Both the position numbers and the translations under genes were made by a program. Below the pieces are notes generated by a model, which did not search any database, had not been told where the DNA came from, and saw nothing but the letters and a program-made list of their open reading frames with translations. A DNA stretch of 51,491 bases from Patescibacteria group bacterium (GTDB taxonomy: Bacteria; Patescibacteriota; Microgenomatia; Woykebacterales; RBG-16-39-9b), in NCBI GenBank assembly GCA_025449635.1, contig JANWIZ010000006.1:1-51491 (forward strand), written 5' to 3'. Positions 45,656 through 51,491 of the stretch are shown here, piece after piece. The stretch's first letter is position 1. Each line of letters begins with the position of its first letter.

Positions 45656-46737
45656 AAGGTCTTTTTTACTTTATCAACAATCCTATTGAACAGTGTTTTT
45701 CGGGTTTGTGAATTCTGAGAAATAAGTTTTTCAATAGTTTTTTCTTTTTGATTCAATAAGTTTTTGTGTGCTAAAAGTTGCTCTATATGCCATCCCAAAT
45801 TGTCCTTATAAAAATCAAATGTTGCAGCTAGCCATTCAAAACTCCTATTACTTTTTTTCTCCATAATTTTTTCGTTAAATTGATTGATATTCGTGTATTT
45901 TAAAGCAGCTAAAAAAGCACTTAAAATTTTTCCTTTTTTCACTGTTGTTAAGTTTTTATATAGAGGATGATTAACGAGACCAACAATAACTAATGATAAA
46001 TCTTTCTGATTTAATGCTTCGATTACATAGTTTCTATTAATATAAAGAACTTCATAAAATTTTACCTCTGGATTGGTATTTGTGATGTTTAATTTATGCG
46101 AACGATAGTAAGTTAGCTTGTTTGCTAGAACTTTAAAAGTACTTTTGGATTTAATATTTCTAAGCCAAAATTCATAATCAGGGCTGTAAATTAGCTCTTT
46201 GTTAAAATTCCCTACTTTCTTGTGGATTTCTGTTCGAATCATTACTGAAGAGTGACAAAGACGATTTCCCCAAACCCAGCTTTTTGGATCATTCAAATCT
46301 ATTTCTACATTAAACCAATTTTCAAATTCTGAATTTCCTTTTTTACCCTTTCCTTCCTCATCAATCTCAGAAATATATGTTCCTAAAATATCCACTTTTG
46401 GATTTTTTTCAAGAAAATTTACTTGCTTCTCTATCCGTTCTGGATGCATGTAATCATCAGAATCTAAACTAACAAAATATTTACCTGTACTTAACTCATA
46501 AGCTCTTGTGTAAGCCTCATAAGCTCCTTGATTCTTCGAATTTGTAATTAGTTTAATTCTAGGCTCTTTAAAACGTTTAATGATTTCAAGAGAATTATCT
46601 GTTGAGCAGTCATCGGAAATGATAAGTTCCCAGTTTTGATAAGTCTGATCTAAAACTGATTGAATGGTTTTTCCAATATATTTGGCGTAGTTATACGAGG
46701 TAACAATAATTGATACCAAAGGTAAAGACTTTCCCAT
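45652..46737 (-). CDS. GT2 glycosyltransferase with a C-terminal helical/coiled-coil tail
   Basis: SYNY..YI, DDCSTD, LDSDD, HSSVM, DYEFWLR. Confidence 0.88.
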   Translation of the reverse strand: MGKSLPLVSIIVTSYNYAKYIGKTIQSVLDQTYQNWELIISDDCSTDNSLEIIKRFKEPRIKLITNSKNQGAYEAYTRAYELSTGKYFVSLDSDDYMHPERIEKQVNFLEKNPKVDILGTYISEIDEEGKGKKGNSEFENWFNVEIDLNDPKSWVWGNRLCHSSVMIRTEIHKKVGNFNKELIYSPDYEFWLRNIKSKSTFKVLANKLTYYRSHKLNITNTNPEVKFYEVLYINRNYVIEALNQKDLSLVIVGLVNHPLYKNLTTVKKGKILSAFLAALKYTNINQFNEKIMEKKSNRSFEWLAATFDFYKDNLGWHIEQLLAHKNLLNQKEKTIEKLISQNSQTRKTLFNRIVDKVKKTL

Positions 46738-46780
46738 CGCTTGTATATTAAAAGCTTACAGTCAAAATAACAACAATTTG

Positions 46781-48535
46781 TTATTTTACTGTAACCGACT
46801 TTGCTAAGTTACGAGGTTTATCGGGGTCATAACCTTTTTCTAAAGCTAAATAATAACCAAGAATTTGCGCAGGAACAACCAAAGGTATTAGCGACGCTTC
46901 CTGAATATCCTTTACTTCAATCCAATGGTCAAAGACATCTGCCTTTGTTGGTCCAATTCCAATAATTAAACCCCCGCGCGAACGTATTTCGGTAGCGTTG
47001 GAAATAATTGCCTGATAAGTCTCATCATTAGGTGCAAAAACAATGCAAGGAGATCCTTTATCTATCAACGCAATTGTCCCGTGCTTTAGCTCGCCTCCAG
47101 CAAACCCCTCTGTGTGAATATAGCTTACCTCTTTGATCTTCATGGCTGTTTCTAATGCCAGCGCATAAGTAACACCCCGACCGATTGTATAAATATGCTC
47201 CTTAGAGGCTAATACTTTTGCAATATTTTTAAGTTTCTTTAAATTACTTGATTCAAGAATCCTTTCTATTTCTCCAGCTGCTTGAAACAGTAAATTTTGT
47301 GCGTCTTTAACTTTATTTGCAAGCGTAAAGGTCAATAAGAGTAGGAAAGCTATCTTTGCTGTGTAGGCTTTTGTCGAAGCAACAGCTAACTCTGGACCTG
47401 CTCCAAGTAAAATCTTAATGTCCCCCATCCGATAAATTGTCGATCCTAAAGCATTTACTATTGAAGCAATTCTAACCCCGCTTTTTTTAGCAAAGTTTAA
47501 CGGCTCTACCACATCAATAGTCTCCCCACTTTGAGATAATGCAATTACCAAACTTTTTTTTGTAAGAAACTTTTCTAAGTATACAAATTCTGAGGCGAAG
47601 GAAGTATTGACATGTCTATCTATTTTTGAAAATAAATAGGTTGCAGCTAAACAAGCATAAGAAGCGGTTCCTGAACCTATTAGAAATGTTCCTTTGGCTT
47701 TTTCCACCGCCGTTGCCAGAATTTTTGCCTCAGAAACCAAAGTATTAGCAACATTCCTAATGACTTTAGGTTGCTCATAAATTTCTTTTAACAAATAGTG
47801 AGGGTATTTACCTAAATCGTTGTCGAGAACACTCCAATCAAGGGTTATTAACTTTTTCCTAATAAAGTTGCCTGATTTAAGATCAAAAATCTTAATCCCA
47901 TCTTTACCCAAAGTTGCCAACTGACCATCATCCAAAAAAATAACCCTTTTCGTATGAGGAAGAATTGCAGTCGCATCGGAAGATAGATAAAATACATCCT
48001 CTCCTTCTCCCAAAACTAAAGGTGAACCGTTTTTAGCTACCACTATTTCGCCATTTCCTGATCCAACCGCAATAGCATTCAAGCCCTCAAGTTTAGAAAA
48101 TACTTTCCGAACCGCGTCTTTAAGGGTATGTGACCCTACCTCCTCTTCTATCATATGAATTATTACTTCAGTATCGGTTTGGGATCTGAAATGATGGCTT
48201 TTTGACAAATTTTTTACAAGCAGTTGGTAGTTTTCAACAATACCGTTATGAACTAAACTAAGACTATTGTCACAAGATAAATGTGGGTGTGAATTCTCCT
48301 TAGTTACACCACCATGAGTAGCCCAACGAGTGTGTCCTAGACTTATTGTTGAATCTGGTAAAGTTACTATCGAACTACCAATTTTTCCGGAAGCTTTTTC
48401 AACTAGAAATGTCTTATTACTTCTAACTGTTACACCCCATGAATCATAACCACGATATTCGAGTACTCGCAAGCTCTCTAATGTTTCTTTTGCCGTTCTC
48501 GGTGTTTTTGAAACGTAACCAAAAATTCCGCACAT
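46781..48535 (-). CDS. glmS: Glutamine--fructose-6-phosphate aminotransferase
   Basis: MCGIFG, LEYRGYDSWG, GHTRWATHG, HNGI.EN, SQSGET, VASTKA, ELKHG, DKPRNLAKSVTV. Confidence 0.98.
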   Translation of the reverse strand: MCGIFGYVSKTPRTAKETLESLRVLEYRGYDSWGVTVRSNKTFLVEKASGKIGSSIVTLPDSTISLGHTRWATHGGVTKENSHPHLSCDNSLSLVHNGIVENYQLLVKNLSKSHHFRSQTDTEVIIHMIEEEVGSHTLKDAVRKVFSKLEGLNAIAVGSGNGEIVVAKNGSPLVLGEGEDVFYLSSDATAILPHTKRVIFLDDGQLATLGKDGIKIFDLKSGNFIRKKLITLDWSVLDNDLGKYPHYLLKEIYEQPKVIRNVANTLVSEAKILATAVEKAKGTFLIGSGTASYACLAATYLFSKIDRHVNTSFASEFVYLEKFLTKKSLVIALSQSGETIDVVEPLNFAKKSGVRIASIVNALGSTIYRMGDIKILLGAGPELAVASTKAYTAKIAFLLLLTFTLANKVKDAQNLLFQAAGEIERILESSNLKKLKNIAKVLASKEHIYTIGRGVTYALALETAMKIKEVSYIHTEGFAGGELKHGTIALIDKGSPCIVFAPNDETYQAIISNATEIRSRGGLIIGIGPTKADVFDHWIEVKDIQEASLIPLVVPAQILGYYLALEKGYDPDKPRNLAKSVTVK

Positions 48536-49515
48536 TAGTCTAATATTCTAATAAGTTCTTTAGCAATTTTGCTTGAATCGTGGCGAATAAAGCTTCTCTT
48601 TAACTTATCCCCAGTTGATTTTTCAATCGGATCTGAGGCAAGAAAATCTTGCCTGACAATTTTGAAACCTTTTTCAATTAAATCATCTTCAACTGGTGAG
48701 TCTTGTTCAGCTACATAACGCTCTATGATATCCTCTGGAAGTTTTGTGTCGTTGATTAAAACAAAATCTAAGCAGTTACCTAAATATTTCTGCATTTCCC
48801 CTACAAAGTCACTGGCTTTGAAACCAAAAGTCTGCCCGTACTTCGTCATCAAATTTACAATATAAACTTTCTTTGCTTTTGAATTGCAAATAGCTTCTCT
48901 CACTTCGGGTACAACTAAATTCGGAACAAGTGAGGTGTATAAATCTCCTGGACCAATCACTATCAAGTCAGCTTGCTCTATCGCCTCCAAAGTTTTCTTA
49001 TACGCAGTTGCCTTCGGTTCTAAATACAAATTCTTGATTCTCAAAGTCCCATCATGCTTCGGAACATCAATCTCATCTTCACTTTTGACCACTGAACCGT
49101 CCTCATACTCAGCAACTAAATTTGCATTTGTTAAAGTCACTGGCAATACTTTACCCTTGATGTTCAAGATTTTACTTGTTTCCTCAAGAGCTTTTTCCAT
49201 ACCGCCAGAAACTTCCGCAAGAGTAGTTAAGAAAATATTCCCAAAACTATGTCCAGCTAGTCCTTCGCCTTTCTCAAAACGATAGTTAAAAAGCTCTCTC
49301 AAAGTTGAAGTATCCCGACTCAGGGCCACAAGGGCTTGTCTAACATCTCCGGTAGGTAAGTGACCAAATTCATCTCGCAAGCGTCCAGAGGAACCGCCAG
49401 AATCCATCATTGTAACAACTGCTGTTAGATCTAAACTAATGCCGTTCAGACCGGTTAACACTGTATATGTACCCGTTCCCCCACCAATAACTACAATTTT
49501 TTTGGACTTTGTCAT
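48535..49515 (-). CDS. yvcK: YvcK/GlmR family protein (UDP-GlcNAc-binding, CofD-like)
   Basis: IGGGTG, DSGGSSG.LR, GDVR, GHSFGN, GPGDLYTS..PNL, RHD. Confidence 0.92.
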   Translation of the reverse strand: MTKSKKIVVIGGGTGTYTVLTGLNGISLDLTAVVTMMDSGGSSGRLRDEFGHLPTGDVRQALVALSRDTSTLRELFNYRFEKGEGLAGHSFGNIFLTTLAEVSGGMEKALEETSKILNIKGKVLPVTLTNANLVAEYEDGSVVKSEDEIDVPKHDGTLRIKNLYLEPKATAYKKTLEAIEQADLIVIGPGDLYTSLVPNLVVPEVREAICNSKAKKVYIVNLMTKYGQTFGFKASDFVGEMQKYLGNCLDFVLINDTKLPEDIIERYVAEQDSPVEDDLIEKGFKIVRQDFLASDPIEKSTGDKLKRSFIRHDSSKIAKELIRILD

Positions 49516-49595
49516 ATTATTTTAACGAGGTAATTTTATCATATTTTTACAGTTTGGTTGTAAGTTTCAAACAAACCTGTTTTAATCAACGTTCT

Positions 49596-51206
49596 ATGAC
49601 CAAACGAAGTAAAAGAAATCACTTTGCTATTCAAAAATTTATTTCTTTACCTTTCCATTTCTTAGCGTTTACTTTAGTACCCATATTGTTTTTTATTTCT
49701 AAAAATCTAGGTCAAGTTTCCTCATTCAATAACGATGCGCTTATTTTGATAATTGCTTCATTAGTTTGTGCAATTACAATTTGGACCATTTTATTTTTTT
49801 TCTCCAAGAATTACGAGAAGAGTTCGTTAATTACTACTGTAATTCTAGTAAGTTTTTTCTCTTATGTTCCTTTGCTTAAATTTTGGCAGAAAATTCCAAT
49901 GAAACTATCAAATAACACGATTGAATTATCACTTTATCTTTTCTTAATTACATTAGTGACTATTACCACTATAGTAATTTTTAAATTTAGAAAATCTTTA
50001 GCGATTTGGACTAAGTTTTTTAATATTATTGCTCTTACCTTACTAATAATTTCCCTCGGTACAATTGCTAAATACGAGCTTTCTCAGTTAAAAATTAATC
50101 TAAATAAAACAAGCGAACGAATGGAGATAGATAAGATGAATCTCAAGAAACCAGAAAACCCTCCTGATGTCTACTATATAATTTTTGACGCATTTCCAAG
50201 ATCAGATACTCTTTCTAAGCTTTATAATTATGACGATAAAAGCCTTGATCATTTTTTTGTTAAAAAAGGTTTTTTCATCGCAACCAAAAGTGTTAGTAAT
50301 TATGCTCATACTCATTTTTCCCTTCCGTCAAGTTTGAATATGAGATATCTAAACTATCTGACCGATGAGATTGGCGGCAAAAGCAATAATATAAATCTAC
50401 CAAAAGAAATGATCAGAAATAACGATGTGATTTATGCATTTAAGTCGCTTGGTTATAAAATTATCCAAATAGGTTCGGAGTATGATCACACAGCGTCAAA
50501 TCCCTATGCTGATCTAAATATAAACAACTCAGATGCTGTGATAAAAATTGGTAAATTATCGTTGGCGGTAAATAACTATTTAACTACCTTTTTGGAAACA
50601 ACAGCTTTATATCCCGCGATTAAAAATTTAACTGATAATAACGTAAGAACTATCCGCCTTAACGCGGTGAACAATGTTCCTAAAACACTTAAAGAACAGG
50701 GTCCGAAATTCGTTTTTGCCCATCTTACTATCTCTCACCCATCCCCTTTGTTTGATAAAAATGGAGCGCCTGTCAGCGATGCAGTTTTAAATTCAATTTC
50801 TAACATTTATACTGACATAAATCATAACTTAGATCAAAATATTTTTGTTATGAAAAAAATGAAAGAAATTATAGATAAATTACTTTCCAACTTAGAAAAT
50901 CAGCCAATAATTATTATTCAATCCGACCACGGTCCTACCTCGATTCTTGGACACCCGCATCATTGGGAAAGACCGTTTGAAAATAAGATTGAAGGTCTCA
51001 AGGAAAGAATGAGGATATTAAACGCTTATTATTTTCCGAAAGTTAAAAACCCAAATCTTTACGAAACAATAACCCCTGTCAATACATTTCGTGTTTTGTT
51101 TAATACGTATTTTGGGGGTAATTTTAATCTTCTTGAAGATAGGAGCTATTATTCAGATCACGTTAATAAGTATGAATTTTTTGATGTAACTAAAATTGTA
51201 AAATAA
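49596..51206 (+). CDS. Second membrane-bound alkaline-phosphatase/sulfatase-superfamily transferase (paralogue of 19809-21404)
   Basis: About 5 TMs; PDVYYIIFDAF, SNYAHT, SLPSSLNM, HLTISHP, QSDHG, TPVNTFR; probable ATG 49596. Confidence 0.8.
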   Translation: MTKRSKRNHFAIQKFISLPFHFLAFTLVPILFFISKNLGQVSSFNNDALILIIASLVCAITIWTILFFFSKNYEKSSLITTVILVSFFSYVPLLKFWQKIPMKLSNNTIELSLYLFLITLVTITTIVIFKFRKSLAIWTKFFNIIALTLLIISLGTIAKYELSQLKINLNKTSERMEIDKMNLKKPENPPDVYYIIFDAFPRSDTLSKLYNYDDKSLDHFFVKKGFFIATKSVSNYAHTHFSLPSSLNMRYLNYLTDEIGGKSNNINLPKEMIRNNDVIYAFKSLGYKIIQIGSEYDHTASNPYADLNINNSDAVIKIGKLSLAVNNYLTTFLETTALYPAIKNLTDNNVRTIRLNAVNNVPKTLKEQGPKFVFAHLTISHPSPLFDKNGAPVSDAVLNSISNIYTDINHNLDQNIFVMKKMKEIIDKLLSNLENQPIIIIQSDHGPTSILGHPHHWERPFENKIEGLKERMRILNAYYFPKVKNPNLYETITPVNTFRVLFNTYFGGNFNLLEDRSYYSDHVNKYEFFDVTKIVK

Positions 51207-51213
51207 AACCAGG

Positions 51214-51491
51214 TTAATTTATATTTGATTTGAAATACTCAATTGTTTTTACTAACCCCTCTCGAAGTGAAGTTTTTGGTTTCCAGCTGGTACTATTAAT
51301 CAATTTTTGCGAACTCGCGTATGTTGCCTGGGTATCCCCGGTTCTTTGACCTAAATCTTTGATTTCAACTTTGTAGCCAACAATATCAAAAATTGTCTCA
51401 ATTACATCTTTAACTTTTGTTCCAATTTCTGATCCTACATTAAATATTTCTAATCCTTTTATGTTCAAAACCGCAACATGAGCGGCTGCCA
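51214..51491 (-). CDS. C-terminal part of an NAD-dependent epimerase (GalE-like); 5' end outside the window
   Basis: Open frame to the window edge: ..AAAHVAVLNIKGLEIFNVGS..RTGD..W.PK.SL.EGL..T. Confidence 0.8.
   Translation of the reverse strand, partial: AAAHVAVLNIKGLEIFNVGSEIGTKVKDVIETIFDIVGYKVEIKDLGQRTGDTQATYASSQKLINSTSWKPKTSLREGLVKTIEYFKSNIN

Noticed and set aside
1123..49285. Numerous 60-142 aa ORFs in the track overlapping larger genes (e.g. 1568-1927, 3194-3613, 4457-4801, 9846-10157, 28463-28867, 41518-41946, 48884-49285)
   Set aside because: Antisense or alternate-frame shadows of well-supported genes, with no recognisable motifs
49509..49595. Extended N-termini in the ORF track (also starts at 16734, 17408, 24012, 31525, 33910, 38380, 42721)
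   Set aside because: They overlap neighbouring genes, promoters or hairpins; downstream starts fit family N-termini and SD/-10 placement better

Overview
Gene-dense, AT-rich bacterial chromosome segment read with code 11 (TGA is used as a stop). Compact proteins, an N-terminally truncated MurE, alpha2-type GlyRS, a DUF4012-type protein and near-leaderless promoters suggest a Patescibacteria (CPR) genome, possibly Microgenomates-like; this is inference only. 1-7.8 kb (minus): reduced dcw cluster (mraZ-rsmH-ftsL-ftsI-murE-[GlmU N-domain]-murC-murB) with a sigma70 promoter, three MraZ boxes and a long hairpin-rich leader. 8.1-12.0 kb (plus, divergent): a stand-alone GlmU-type acetyltransferase translationally coupled to a three-part ATP-dependent citrate cleavage system (citryl-CoA synthetase beta and alpha, a small membrane protein, citryl-CoA lyase). 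12-14.8 kb: glyQS, a SpoIIM-like protein, recO. 14.8-51.5 kb: a large surface-glycan locus with a phosphoglycosyl transferase, ManC, rmlACBD, many GT2/GT4 enzymes, a GT-C, Wzm/Wzt, aminotransferase plus ATP-grasp/HAD plus methyltransferase, glmR-glmS and two alkaline-phosphatase-superfamily membrane transferases. Best candidates for undescribed biology: (1) a split GlmU whose acetyltransferase half is coupled to citrate cleavage; (2) a YLDPGTGS micro-protein / kinase-methyltransferase / membrane phosphotransferase module; (3) a ~45-bp repeat upstream of two sugar nucleotidyltransferases; (4) the structured mraZ leader. No rRNA, tRNA, CRISPR or transposase was seen. All family calls are motif recognition by eye, not database results.
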